Made by a program: the position numbers and the translations under genes | NCBI GenBank assembly: GCA_026770705.1 | Contig: JANJGN010000034.1 | Location: forward strand, 5,642,001-5,706,000 | From: Isurus oxyrinchus | Lineage: Eukaryota | Reading direction: 5' to 3' | DNA length: 64,000 nucleotides | Shown: positions 13,401 through 28,400 of the stretch, one piece after another | Layout: each line of letters opens with the position of its first letter | Position numbering within the stretch: position 1 is the first letter of the stretch | Notes under the pieces: generated by a model | The model's database searches: none | What the model was told of the DNA's origin: nothing | What the model saw: the letters and a program-made list of their open reading frames with translations, nothing else

Positions 13401-16400
13401 CTCACCACCTAAGGTAGCATTAACTTAAAAATGAAATCGACACTCATATTCCATTGTCACTTATTTGTGTTGAACCCTTTTGAACGTGTTTGTTTTTTTG
13501 CAAAAAGCATATTTATTATCAAACGCTCCATGGATATTTTTATTGGCAATATTAATTAATCTCTTTTTAGCAAAAGCGCAGTTGGACAAGGACAAGGGTA
13601 ATGTGATGCATGACTATATGTTATATTCATATGTGCTAATTGTAACATTGTTAAGATATTCTTGAATAGACCTTATTTTTCTGACATAGGCACATCATTT
13701 AATTTACGATTGATGTTTACTATGGTCGGGAAAGGAAACTGGGTAGAATCATTTCAGGGCTCTGAAGAAGTGTCATGCAGACTCGGAAGGCTAACTCTGT
13801 CTCTCTGTCCATAGATGCTGCTCGGCCTGCTGAGTTTTTCCAGCATTAACTCTTCTGTTCCATTAAAATGTAAACTTAATTTCAGTATTAATGGAACATC
13901 AATTCTGTTGGAGCATTTCATAGTGGATTAATACTAAATCTTGTATGGCCATCGGTGCCTCTCGTTTTGCGATTTACCAAATAATTCAGCTGTTAAAAAA
14001 AAGATGAATGTCTTCATTATGACCATAGTTTATAGGCAAAACTTACTGCACTTTTTAATTACATGAGTACGGGCATATCCGGACATTTGCCATCACTGAA
14101 GCTGGTGACATCCTGTGAACGGGAAAAAAAAAGAAGTTATTACATAATGTAAACAAGTGAACATACATACAAAAACTGAAGTAAATGCAATGCAAATTAT
14201 ATTTTTCCCGTTATCCGGAGGGATATCCATATAGATGGTATAGTGCCTAAATTTGTGCAATCGATTGAGACAGTTGGCAAATGAGATCTTATGTAATTAT
14301 CGCATATTAAAGCAATTTGAAATTGTATTAAAACAGTGTATTAGCATAACAGAATACATGTAGATCCCAGCGGATATTATGTGTAGAGAAGCTGTAAGGG
14401 ACATGTTATAACTATGCTGCAGAAAATGCAGATAAGTACTTTATTTGCAAAAAATGATGAATGAATTCAGTTAGGTGGAAGAAATGGAGCAGTGGCGTTT
14501 TTTCTCCTCAAAAACAGGTTTATTAAGGGGAGAGTTAAGAAAGCAATACAGAACCACTAATGCTTCAGTGATATAAACAATTACTTGTTTCTCCTATGGC
14601 AGAATGACGTAAGCTCCTGTGGGGTGGAGTGTGGGAGAGGGTTGGTGGTGGAGGTTTTACGTTAATTGCCAATGGGTCGAGAGGCGAACGGCTAAAGCTT
14701 TCTCATGACAAGTGGCTGTTTTCTCCATGGAACCATTGCCTGAAATACTTCTGGATATAGAATCAATGAGGAATTTCACTATCTGGCTGGAAAGGGACCT
14801 GAAAAGAGATCTGTAGCATTAGACATTAAAGTATGGGAGAGTGGTTAAAATTGGCTTTTTTTTTCAAATGGACAGCAGAAACACGGTGGCTTAAATTCAT
14901 GTTGAGCCACACAGCATTGACTTGATGCTTAGTTTAAAGAGAAAGAGTATTAAATTCGGGGTGTAAATGGAGAACAAATCCATTTGGGATGACACGCATC
15001 CCAGATGATATTGGTCACCCGATATTTTGTTTCCAGGATATCACACAGCAGCCCAGTGAAAATGCTTAATGAAATGGGCTGAGGGCGAAATTTAACTTTC
15101 TGCTGGGGTGATGCAAATCATGGTGTCCGGAATGGGCTCTGCTTTGCAAATCCTGTATTACCGACGCAAAAATAAGATAACATAAGATGGGTTGCATTGA
15201 GGTACCGACGACCTTATCACTCATGATACACAACTGTAATAATATCTCCCAAGATTTAGCCTATTCAATTTCCAATACGCACTGTTTGCCTTCTCGAATT
15301 TTGCTTTTCAGAAATACGCAAATTGAAAGAGGCATTGAAAGATGCGGGTGAGAATAATTATCGAGTGAGCTCATATCGTCACCAGACGTAAACATAACAT
15401 TGACGATTGCGAAATCGCACTTACACTGCAATGGTGATTTTTGCTTAGTACATAAAATACGTTTTGAAAAATCTGCAATCAATTCTATGCATCTTAGAAT
15501 CACATTCCCAGTAATTTTAATGGTAATATCACTAGCGGGAGGCGACAGATTTAGCATCAGCTACCACACCATTTCATTGAAGTTTAACAAGCCTGACTTA
15601 AGTCAACAAAATAAAAATCAAGCCATGCATATTTTGAAAATGAAAAAAAAAACAACTTAGAATTGAAAAAAATTAGTACCTCTGGTGTAACTGTTCGGTA
15701 CAGTTGTTTAATATCCAGAAAAATTGTCTTCCATCCCATGCATCTCGCACGATGAGGGTATATTTATATGTCATTAGGCCCACTCCTATGAATGCATAGC
15801 GTGAAACACTTACACACATATAAAATATATAATTGTTCATCGTTGAGATTTTTGTGTTGGGAAAGTGCCCCCAGTCTATCCACACTTCCCAGGCATTTTT
15901 TAGTAACTCATTTTAGTGTTTCTCCTTTTAATTCCTATTGCGTTTTTTCACCGATTCTAAAACATAAACCATCAATGGACATCTCAAGATAGACCCTTCC
16001 CTATCCTATTTGCTTTCTACTGGGACCCATCCTCCCTTCTCGCCCAGGTACACCCATCCTCCCTTCTCGCCCAAGTACACCATAGCCATTTGCTCTAATT
16101 TTGTCCATTGTGTGCTTATTATCCTTCAGCACAGATATATGCTTTATGTCCTGGTCAGAGAATTCAGGTCACGCTAAGCAGTGCTCTATCGGAACATTTT
16201 TCATATGCATTGTTGCATTGCCATTAACTTGGAAGGTTTGAAAAAACACCTTTGTTTATATCACTTTGTTATTCTCACATTGTTATGTAAGGCAGAGCTT
16301 CTGAATGGAATCAGAGGAAATCGAACAGACCAATGAAAATTACTTGGATCTTAATTGGATAGACTATTCGCCTCAGAATAGATGTGTTAAGGGGGAGATA

Positions 16401-19400
16401 TAAGGGCTACATTTAAGGAACTACAGGCGTTCTGTAGAGCAAATACTGCAACACTGTTTATTCCCAAAAGCAGAAGCATGGTGTAAACCAAAGAATACAT
16501 ATTGAAGGCAGTTAGCAAAACGATTCAGGTAATATTGATTTATTTTAAGTGTCAAACTTATTTTAATGAACCAGGCCTCACTGGCTAAAGGGGCAGTGAA
16601 ACAACTTAACCATGAGCATCTAAAATGTCATTTGATACTTAATAGTAAGAAACACATTTAGAAGGCCATGGAAAGAGAACAGATACTAAGCGAGTAACTG
16701 GATAGCTTTTTTCACAGAGTACGGTGATCTGAATGGCCTTTGGCTGTTTTCCCATTCCATGATGCAATGATAATCAACACGTAACTTATTTCTTATAGAG
16801 GAAAAGCTGCGTGCATGCAAAGAAGGTAATGAAAAACTATTGTTTTTTGTGATAAAATCAAATACTGTGGATGGTGGAAAACTGAAACCGTATAAACAAT
16901 TGCCTGAAAAACTAAGCAGGCCTGACGACACCTATGGAGAGACAGCTAGACCCAGAACATTAACTCTGGCTTTCTCTCGAAAGATGCTGTTAGACGTGCA
17001 AGTTTTTTTTCCAGAAATATTTTTGGTTAGCTTTTGAACAGAAAAATGTATTATTGTATACAATAAGAAACATGGTTACTTGTAATAAGCAATAGTTCTA
17101 CTTGTGCTGTTGTAAATATTCTGATTTCCAATTAAGTTGTGCGTTATCTGTTCATGAAAAACAGCTCCACATTAATTTTCTCATTGATATTATTTCTTTC
17201 AAGTTTTATTTTAAAGCAGCACCTCCCATACTTGGATATAGTGAATAACCCAACCACCCGCCAGTTCTTTCCGGAGTCGAGAACTCAGAAGAGCAGACCC
17301 TCTGCGTGGAGTAATTACTCATAATCTCCGTATTAACTGGGCCATCCGTTATTCTGAAATTATGACCACTTATTCAGAAACACCCACAAGGGAAATATCT
17401 TCTCAAGGTGGAACTTGTCATGCCCCAGAAAAGCTGATATGGTTAACTAAGTTTACTTTTCCAGCTTTTTGATACATTACTGTTATAAAGAGTTGAACAC
17501 TGACCATATGCATCTGTACGATGCTTGTTTTGCTTTGAAGCCAATTATCTTTAATCACTGCATATTTTTTCTCTCAATTAGAACTGGATGGCTACGCAAA
17601 AACTGACGGTGGGTAGAATGATACCACATAATCAGTGAGACCACAGGGCTACTAGCAAATAACTGCACATAGTTTCAGCTCAGTTTGCTTGCCGGGGTAT
17701 TTTTACTAAGCTGCTGATTTCCCGTTTTTGAAAGAAGAAGCAAGCGACAAACTAAATTTGGAATAGACCAATTCACGGAATGAAGATTTAAAGAATTGTT
17801 TTCAGTTGAAAAGTGGCAAGGGGCATTTGCACAACACAAGTATCAAATAATGACCATCTCCTACAAGAGAAAATGTAATCATCTATCTCTGGCATTCATT
17901 GGAATTACTATATCTGGACTCCCCAGTTATTAACATTTTATGCATAACAATTGACTCTATTGCACTTCTGTGCTACTAATTGTCCCTCTATCTATGAAAA
18001 GCAAACAATCGGTAATATGCACTACTCCTGCATTTACAGAATATTAACACATAAAGTTCACATTTGTCAAATCGAAGATGGGTTTTGAAGAATAAGCCAC
18101 ATTTTATGTGCCACAGGAAAAAATATGGAATCCGACTACACACTTATGGTCATGTTTATCAGAAACATGCGTAGAAGTGGAAATATTCACAAGCACATCT
18201 TATGTAGTAAATTACATTTACTCGTTTTGAAATCGATATGGATTGGTTTCCCTGCCAGTCTAGTAAATTTGTTATTAGCTGTAGTGTTATGTATTCATTG
18301 GATCTGTGATCAAAGGTATGGTCATTATTATTGTCCATCTTCAATTGCAATTGTAAATATGTGGGTAAGTCGTTTTTTGCACGGATGCAATTAATGTCAC
18401 TGATGTTTGCACACAGTGTTGTTTTGAATGGCTGCAATCAGTGTCATTTATGTTCACACACAGTGCTGTTTTGGATGAGGTGCCATGATTTTGCCACCGT
18501 GGCATTGAACGAGCAGGGATTTAGTTTCCAGTCAGGGTGGTGTGTGCCTTAAAAGTGACCTCATAGGTGTTGATATCTCTCAAACTTCCTTGCCGCATAT
18601 TTGGAAGATGCTTTTTAAGACATTTTCCCAAGTCAATACAATGCATATTCGACATTCTACATCTTTTTTCATTGTTTCACAGTGTTGGAGGAATGAACAT
18701 TCCAGGTTCTAGATGGAATGTTAATAAATCAGGCTGTTTTTACAAATAGATATCAAATTACTTGATTGCTGCTGGAGCAGCCCTGAGATAGAGAACTGTA
18801 CATTGTCCCATTGCATTCTTGAAATTAGCCATATAAACTCGGGCGGCTTTAAGGGGTTAAGTGCTGAGTTAATCACTACATAATTGCTACCCTGATAGTA
18901 GCTCTTTTAGCCATTATATAAATGGCTGCTCCAACGATATTTCTACTCAATGGTTGCCCACAGAATACCGTTGATTTCACTGATGCTATTAACGTTGAAT
19001 GTCGAGAAGAGATGCTTAGGTTCAACAGTAATGGGTGCTGTCATTGCCTGGCAATTGAACGGCGGATTCGGTAACTACAATTTAATTGTTTAAGATTATT
19101 GAAAGAACAGGTATGTCAGATGGAGGCAGCGTATTTCCTCTCAGTTGGAACTTGATCGCAAGGCAAAATTATCTTCAATTTAAATCGTAACTAGTGAGGA
19201 CTGCTGCCAGACAACTCAACGTTGTAGATAGGGCATTAGAAATCTGGAGTGATGTCTCCAAAATTAAAAACACAGCAAAAAAAAAACGAAAATTGAATTT
19301 TGAAACACAAATCAAAAAAAAGTATTAAGACTTACAAAAAGTCAATTTGTGGGAAAAAAATTAAGTGCTCTTCTGAATTAAACAGATTTCCCCTGAGCAC

Positions 19401-22400
19401 ATTAAAGGAACGGGAATGGGGTGAAGAAAACATTTTTGACCAGAAATGAAAGCAAGGCTGCAATACGAATAGGCAATCACCAAAGATATGTATTTTTTAT
19501 GAGCCCTTTGGCACAGTTTAAGAACCGCAGGAAGGCAATTCAATGTAAATGGCACAAGAGCTAAGTGCATGCAGAAGATGAATTTAGTGTATTAAGTACT
19601 GAGTAAAGAATGATAGAAGTGATAGCAAATTGAGTACCCCCAGCAACTTGTGGTTTCTAGCCAAATGCATTCATATCATCATGTGGCGAAAAGACAGCTG
19701 CATTCATCATAATTTGCCAAACCACTCTAAATTCACGTTACCACCTTCCAAATGGCAGGGTGACACTACTTGGACATCGGCTTCGATGCTTGCACCACGA
19801 ACCATGAGGTAGCAAACTTGGGAAATGCGCCCTGAAAATGCCCTTATGTTTATAATATTGTGCCTAGAAATTGAGGTGATTCGCAGCAGAAGCTGCATCA
19901 GGCAGCCATGTTATACAAAGTGCTTTTAAAAAAATATTCACAGAGCAATCAAAAACCTCGACACTCAAACCATCACTTCTCTTGACAAACGTTAACAGGC
20001 AGTTAACATCATAACCTTGCACATATCACCCCATCCTCCAAGAAAAATGCAAAAAACTTTGGATGCTGTAACTCCAAATCAATAATAAAAATATCTGAAA
20101 AAAATCATCAGGTTTGACAGTATTTGCGGAGAGGAACACAGTTAACATTTCGAGTCTGTACAACTCTACAGGAGAACTAAGTAAAAGTAAAATGAGGTGA
20201 AATATACACTGGTTTAAAGTGAGGGGTGGGGCAGTTAGAGCTGTTTATAGGGTCAGTGATAGGTGTAGATAACCAAAAGATGTCAAGAGACAAAAGGTCA
20301 AAGAGGTGTTGAAGGTGCTGATATTATCTATGGAATGAGCTAATATGTGACATTAAGAGCAGAAAGCAGGACGAGCATCGTATTGATAGCGGTACCGTAA
20401 AAAGTAGAGTTAACACAATGGATGGCCACACTGGGTAAGTCAGAGACGGAGCCAGTGACTGAGACACACCATCCTCTAACTCTACCATGCTGACCAGCTT
20501 TTTGATATTTCTGCTGCAAACATTCTTTTATGAACTGGAATAAATCCAGCAACTGTGTGAACAATTCAAAACTGTTGAAAGTACGCTAAGTCCACAAAAC
20601 CAATGCTTTATCATTTTTTCCATCTTAAGAGTCGTTTTATTATTTTTTTTTAGACTGTACCTTCTGCATTTACTTATATTAACTTAAAGGTTACACCAAG
20701 GTCACAAGCAATGAAACGTTTTGTAAACAATGCATGTAGTCAAAATGCTTCGGATCGTATTAGAGAAAACAAAAATCTCCTCGTAACGCTGCAATGATGC
20801 TTGACCTCCAGGAGCTTCCTGGAAATGTAGAGACAAATAAGGTGTGCCCTTGCGTTTTTTGCTCTTCATCAAATGCGGTGTGGCATGCACTTGGTTGCTC
20901 CCTTCCCGGATGGTTGGATGCTGCAGCCGAGATAGTAAGTCTCTGAAGACCAAGCACAAAAAAATCAAGGGCACAGCAATATAAGGCCCCATGATTTATG
21001 CCTCGGGCTTGCTGCTGACTGGAATATCTGCACCATGTTCGTTTTCCGACGAGACATGCGCCTGTTGGATAGGGAAGTCTACTTTGCCAATGACCAGACC
21101 TATTTGACAATGTGTTTGATAACTTTTCATTAAAAAATGGATGGTATGCAAACGGGATGTGTTTGGAATTATTTGGCAACAAGGTGCGTTTTTTCACACC
21201 ATGCATTAGAGGCAAATTGAACTCACAAGTAAAACATGTTGCATCTTCCGGGGAATAACTTTGCATATAGGTTGCAGTTAACACTGTAAAAATAGAACGA
21301 AATGTCTTGTTTGGAACAGCAGCCAGTTGTATCAGGATACTATTATTCCTTCTGGCCAATAGTGGCCCTGCTACCACATCTTTATAATGACAGTTCCATC
21401 GAAACAATTCGCAATCAAGCACGTGATGTTAAAAACCACTTTAAATATACTGGTGTATAAGTGGCATGAAGGTTTTACTTGCCGTTCCGATTCAATGTGT
21501 TGCAATGTATTCCTCTGCTAGACCAACAGTTGAAAGACACAAAAGCAGGTGAATCATTCTTCCACTTTTCTATTTTTAAGGCGAAATGATATTGAATATG
21601 TGGTAGCGGAATAATTGATGATTTGAGGCAGGCCAAGTATACAGAAGTTTATTCGCTCCATGTGCTACCTCTAGAATTTTTACTCTCATCCGTCCATTTA
21701 AATCTTCTATTCATTACTCCGTCATGCATTTATCCAGCGCCCTCCCAATTGCATTGTTGTAATTTGCTTCATCTGCTCAATAATTACTTAATTCCTGACA
21801 AAATGCAATAACTCAAATATGTAATATTCGTTGAAACACTCTTTGATCATCCGTGTGCGTTTGTGAGTGTATGCGCACGTGTGTATGCGTATGTGTGTGT
21901 CTGTGTCGGTATGGGGGTGCGTTTGTGTTTGCGTGTGTGTATGTGAAAGAGAGAGATAGAGATTGTGTGTTGCGCACGTTTGCTTTGAAATTAAATAAGA
22001 TTAAAATCAAAACAATTACGCATTTTAAGATGTGATATTATTGTTTGATTGATATATTTTCAGCATTGATGTGAAGATAAATTACACTGCAAAATAATTC
22101 TTCATATTCAAAGGGCTCTGTAATGATTGAAATTTCACTACTAATTGAGCCAACCTCGACTACTAAACAAACAACTTCCATGTCTGTAAGCCCCCATATG
22201 TTATTTATGCAATTACATTAAAGTGGCCTCTCTCGTCTCTCACTCTGTTTCACACAATATTTGTTAATTGTTTTCGAAAGTGAAAATCATGATCTCCTTA
22301 CTTATATAAATTTCTGCCTGATGCCACACTAATTTGCTGCACAGATAGATATGCGAATAATTTCATTGGGTGTTGAATTAGTGTTATTGGTGTGAGTAGC

Positions 22401-25400
22401 ATTTTAACTCAAAAGAGAATGGGGATTATTTTCGTTCATTATTGATATGCAGATTGTTTTTTAATATTTAATTCTATTCTCTGGCGATTGTTCATATTTT
22501 GAGTCTTAGTGAGGAGACAGAAAGAAGTTGTTGTATCGCTTTGTTGCATCAATAGCAAGTTAAATAATCAAATGCCTAAACGAGGTTAGTCAGGAATGGC
22601 GGAGGATGTGATGTTTTTACCTGGGATATGTCAGAATCTGTGTTCCTAATTTTGTCCCAGAGTAATCGCATTTGTTGTCTAAAGTTTGAGCACATATGTT
22701 CAGAGTTCAAGAGTAAAAATAATGCAGTTTCTGGAAGCATGATTTATTAAACAGAGACAATGCTGGAAATTCTCAACAGAACAGCAACATTTGTGGAGAG
22801 AGAGAAAAAAGTAGAGCTAATGTTTCAGGTCTATGAGAAGTAATTAGTTGAAAGGACACAGATCACTAATTTTAAAGTCCATCTCTCCTCCAGATATGCT
22901 GCCCGAAATGCTGTGCGGGTCCATACATTTTTTGCTTCTATTTGGAATCAGACTTATCAAGGTTCAATCATGACTGTAGAACAAGCAGAAGCTGGAGTAT
23001 TACAATTTTCTTTCACAAACAGACAGTCATATTTTGTGTCAGGTTGAAAATTGAATTTGGTCGTTTTCAACAACAGGTGTGTGTCACATTGCGTCCTGCA
23101 GAGAGTGGGATCAGCAGGCCTTCATGAATACATTCGACCATGAATTTGATCATAATGTACGCTAGGCTTCATACTATGATTGAGGAACATTAGTACAGAA
23201 GTGCGGACTGGACAGACTGTCTGTAATAAGTTCATGACCTTAAATTGAGAGGAGTGAAAATTAAATTTGCAATTGATGGATGCCAGCATAGGCCTGTGGG
23301 TGATGACTGTTCCTTTCAGAGTTGCATGTAGTACTGATAGTTGTGTGGCCTACCCACAGTTGAGATTAAAGGCGTCTACTCGTTTATTGTGGTGAAATTT
23401 GTGAGGGAGAGTTGGTAGACACACAGTTGGCGTCGTGCAGTTGGAAAGCAACATAACTACGAATGATACTCCGCTCAGAGAGTTTATGGAGGGAACATCA
23501 AAATGAACAGTTACCTGAGCCACATGCCAAAATAATCACGCCTAATTAATGGCAGAATTACGTATGAGCAATAAATATCATGACCTAGCAAGCGTTGGCA
23601 ATGTCCCAAGAAAGAAAACGAGAAAAAAATGGAATTGCTCAAAGGGCGGTCAAAGTGGAAGGGCATCCGCGACTTTGAGCATTAGCACCAGGACGGGGAA
23701 TAAAGTGAATTGAACCATCGTGAAGGACGCAAAGTAAAAGGCTGACGTCAATGTTCTGGAGAATCAGGTAACTAGGGCTGTTTCAGTTTTATTACCCCAG
23801 CTGATTATAAGAATGGACAAGCCAGAATCCAGAATAGACTCGGCTTCATATGCCCTAACGATTATTCCTTTTTTTTGTGCTTGAAAATAAAACGAGGAGG
23901 ACAGATACTGAACAAAGTTATATGAATCAGATGATAAAACATTAGCAGGAGATTAAAGCATTTATTAAGCAAGGCAAGATTAATTATTTTACATTACTCC
24001 TTCATGCACAATAGTACCGTTGCAGATATATAGAGATTCTTAAGCATAACACATGTTCCAAAATCTGTCTTATACTCACATTTGCATAGCAGGTGCACAG
24101 TTCAGGTAAAGCAATATGTGACCTGTGTTCAGGCACACCAGACCTGAAGGCAAGTGACAGATGCTACCAAAAACAACTGCTATTGACCACTCATCAATTC
24201 CTACCAGAATTGTTTAAAGTTAGCCAACTGGACTACCTGAACTCTTTCGTTCACAAGAGGGTTTCTGAACTCCAATGTCGAAGAAGCCGCTTTGCAATCT
24301 TCTCTCAAAATGTGGTCTCTCTTGTGCATCGTCCACAAAGCTGCATCTCCAGGAATGCCATCTCTCCTTCCGGTGTATTTTTTCGCTGGATCACCACCTG
24401 TATTCATACTTTCTCTTTGACTATCTATCTAAGGTACTCAGCTGTGCCAACATGCCCACAGTAATGAGCCACCAACCTTTTTATGTTTCCTTGGAATATC
24501 TGGCTTCTCACATCCTGATTTGCCTTCAGTCAGCGCCCTGCATCTTTCTCCCTTTAAACTTACATCTTTGCTCTGCTCCTCACAATTAACTTCACTTAAC
24601 AGGACTTTTGGACCAGATTTATTTTCCTTTCCTTTCACTTGGCATTCTTCCTTCCAGACGCACGCTTTGGTTCCATGACATTTGGATAAGTTTATGTTTT
24701 TTTTTCTCTCTGCAGTTCCCTCTGTTGTCTCCAGCTTCTCTTTGATCCTGGGTTAACCTGAAATAAACCAAAATGTATTACTTTTTTTTTTTAGCTCTCT
24801 AACTATCCGCCCCCCTGCTGCTGGCTTATAGCAATTTTTGTTTCCACCTTGTGTGCATTTTAACTTTTCTTGATGTTTGCAAAGCCTCACTAAAATTCCG
24901 GCATCAATTAAAGTGAAACAAAAACCCAAGTTTTCCCTTCCTTAACACGAGCACAGAAACACAAATTAAACTTAAACTTAAAACTAAATCTCATTCCTAC
25001 AACAACAAATACAAACATTATTCACTTAAACTAACTCTGCTGCCTAGCTGTAGGTTTGAAATCACGAGGATATCACAGGTATAAGGTGAAAGTGCTCTTA
25101 GAAATCATAAGATAAAGTTGAAGAAAACAAAACAATTCCATTCTAGGTTTAAAGAAAATATGAGCAAGGGGGCCAAAGATTGAAGGTTGTTAATGGTACA
25201 TCGACCACTACTGCTACGGGCTGAATTATAGGAAACAATTTTTGTCACCTGACTGAGTGAAGCATTTGCAAGAAGCTGGCAGAGCCACAGGCATGAATAG
25301 AGATTATCTTTAGATCTAAACAACGTTACAGATAGATGGGGCAACATTTCCCACACCACCTCTAATGGGGAAAAAAATCAGTGGGGAACACATACCTACC

Positions 25401-28400
25401 GAATGTATTGTTATTTGTTTGTTATTATTAATTAATGGGGGCGTGACCTTCTATGACTGGGCCAGGATACATTGCCCATCCCTCGTTGGCCTTCAGAAGG
25501 TTGTGGCGAACTGCCTTCCTGAAGACCTGCAGACCATGTGGTGTAGACGCACTCACAGTCCTGTTTTAAGGGAAGTCACAGGGCGACATCTAACTAAAGC
25601 TATTGGCATGATATCGTAATGCCCTCATGCAGAAGTATTTACCACCTCCCAGGGCTGCCAATGTATAAGACTTTTTGGTCACAGTGGCGCCGAAGCATCC
25701 CTATTGGGAACGGCGTTCACTGTTGGGAACACAGCTAATCCTCATGTTCTACTTGTCCAGAGACGGGAATAAAGATATGTCATAGTTCTCCTTCCAGTGA
25801 CAGTGTTGGACGGGTTGGTGTTGGTGTTGTGAAGCTGTTTGTGGGTGCCACTTTGCAAAGGGAAATTCTACAGTTCGACCAACTAGGGCAGACTTTGAGA
25901 GATCACTGGATATTGAAAGATTGCTTGTGATAGATGAGTTTGGACACTTGAAAGCCCAGTGACCGAGCAGATGTAACTACTGAGCTTTCCCTTAAACTTG
26001 CCCCTCACCTCCTACCGCATGTCTGAGGTTCGGAAACTGGAGATAAGGAGTCCATAAATCGGCAGCAAATGATCAGAGGCTGTCTTTCCCACACACGGTG
26101 TCGGCTGCACCCCGAAAATGTTAGAGTCCTTGGGCTTGTGAGATCGTGGTGCATCTTCTGCTATGGAGTTTATGGGCTTCCCTGCTGCACTCCTGTCAAA
26201 TGAGGCAAGGCAAATTGAGACATTGTTTCAAAAAAACCAAGCTGCTTAAATTTTCATAAAGGGAAAGGGACTGGAACAGAATGAGCTTCATCAGGCCTAA
26301 AGGAGGCCGTAGTAAAAGAATTGAGAAGGGATCGTGGTTCAAAAGTACAGAAAATATAAAATTCTAGGGTATAGAATACTGCAAAAACACTTCAAAAAAC
26401 GCTGCTGACAGCAATTTTGGACTCCTAATACTATCCAGACCATCTACCACAACATTAATAAAGAAATAATTGCAGTTTAAAACGAAGAGCACGATTCTGG
26501 AATGCTTTGAACTTCATATGAAATGTAAATTTGTCAAAAAAAAAAAGATTCTGAAATGTAATGAATAGTACATTGTACACCCAATTAGAGATGAGAATAT
26601 CTTAGACTTAGTATTACTCAATGAAACATTTTAATTAGCTAACTCAGAGGAGAAAACGTCGGTAAATGGTTATCCGAATAGATAATTGTAATTATTTAAT
26701 AGTTCTTCTTAATTTTCCATTTTTGGTTTATTCTTTGAACTATGGTGCTCTCTGCTTTGTCACACATTGGTCATGTTTTTTTTTTATTTCAAGTAGTTTT
26801 CAACTCTATCTAACTTCCTTTATTTATTTCCGTCTTCCTTTGATGCCCCAATTGAATTTGTTCTAAACGAGAAGTCGAGGTTCTGAATGAAAAGCAAAAT
26901 TGCTAGTAAGTTCTTTAATTTTAGCAGCCAACTAATAAAGAGTAATCATTTTTTTCAAGTAACCCACCTTTCCTGTAAAACCTTAGATGCAGTTGCCTGG
27001 GTGGATTTTGCGAGAATTACTTCGCTTGTCCAATCCAAGTCATATCCCAGCAGGAAAAAGTATATGTTCAAGAGGCAGATTTACAACCAAACGATCATTT
27101 AACAGGAACGGAAACTAAGCCACATTTTAAAGAGTTGTATACAAGGGAACGGCTGAATGATTTCTATCGAAACTGAGCAATAGTGCATATAGATTGAGCA
27201 TAATCCCTGAAGAAATATTCATATCAACTGACAAGATGAGTGCTATTCTGCCCCTAAATTTCAGTGGAAAAAAAATGAACTTACTATCCTCAGTGGACAA
27301 ATGTAGTGATACAAAACAACCAAACAAGAAATTTTTACCTTTTCCTGCAGATCCCTCAGCCAGCAGACATGGGCGAAACTAGGTTAATTTCACGAGCCAT
27401 TTCCTCCAATGACATTTCCTGGAAGGACACTATTTGATATTTCAGGTGCTAATCTTCTTGTCCCACTCGCAACAGCCTGCATCTACATGCTCAATGTACA
27501 ACATGAATAACTGTTTGCCCTATAGAACCAAACATGTCTCAGAACGTCCTCTGCAGAGTGCATGCATCCTATGAAGGCCACCTTCCTGACTAGAGTCATA
27601 TCGTTTTTCACTATAGAAACTACTGTATCTCCAATATCTCTGTTAATTTTCACAAAGGAGCTTTGTGTCAAAGTGCTCATGAGTCAAGTCGTAAGGACAT
27701 TAAATTAACGTGTTTTCACTTAAGATATTATACGTATGCTTCGGTAGGCGTTACCCAATTCCTTAAAGGACAGTATCGTTTTGAATCATTCCATCGGAAT
27801 CACTTCCCTATGGATCTCAAAATTCCCTGAATCCTTAATCCATTTAAACCTCCGTTGCTTGCCGTCTACCAAGGAAGCACCACAATCTACCATTACACTT
27901 TCTTCTCGAATTAGCAATTTACTTCTTGTGAGCCTCCGGGCCAACTGATAAGCTTTTACAAGGGCAATCATTAATATCTCGTAATCAGTTCAGTGTTTTT
28001 CTGAAAAAATCCATAGTTTTCCATATGAAGGCGCTCTGTAATTGCATAGCGCAAATTCTCTATAGCGTTTAATATTTGTGACAATTCCCTAAAGTCTTCA
28101 AAGTACATCTATGCTCTTTCCTAAATAAATGGAGGTACAAATTCAATAACGATCTTCAAACCAAACCGATCAGGGCTTTCCGACAGGTAATCTGCACCAC
28201 TCAATGACAGTGTAAGTTCCAATCATTGGAATCCTTCGCTTACAAATTATTTTTCTTTTTCATTATCTCTTCCCTCCTTTCTTACGTTCCACTTTCACTT
28301 TGGAATACTTATGTTCTTCTCTCATACTCTTGCGTTTCTCTCCGTTGCATTTTGATAGTCACTATTTAGAATTGCCTCGTTCAGTGCACTTGATAATACT

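Noticed and set aside
19095-19110. aag|ATTATTGAAAGAACAG|gtatgt microexon candidate
   Set aside because: 16 nt, frameshifting, with a stop in phase 1; adjoins a LINE fragment.
20654-20689. 36-nt AG...GT segment
   Set aside because: Contains an in-frame TAA and has non-coiled-coil composition.
20760-21422. Longest ORF in the window (220 aa, minus strand)
   Set aside because: Non-ATG start, no recognisable domain or compositional bias, antisense within intron 5; likely chance or a decayed repeat.
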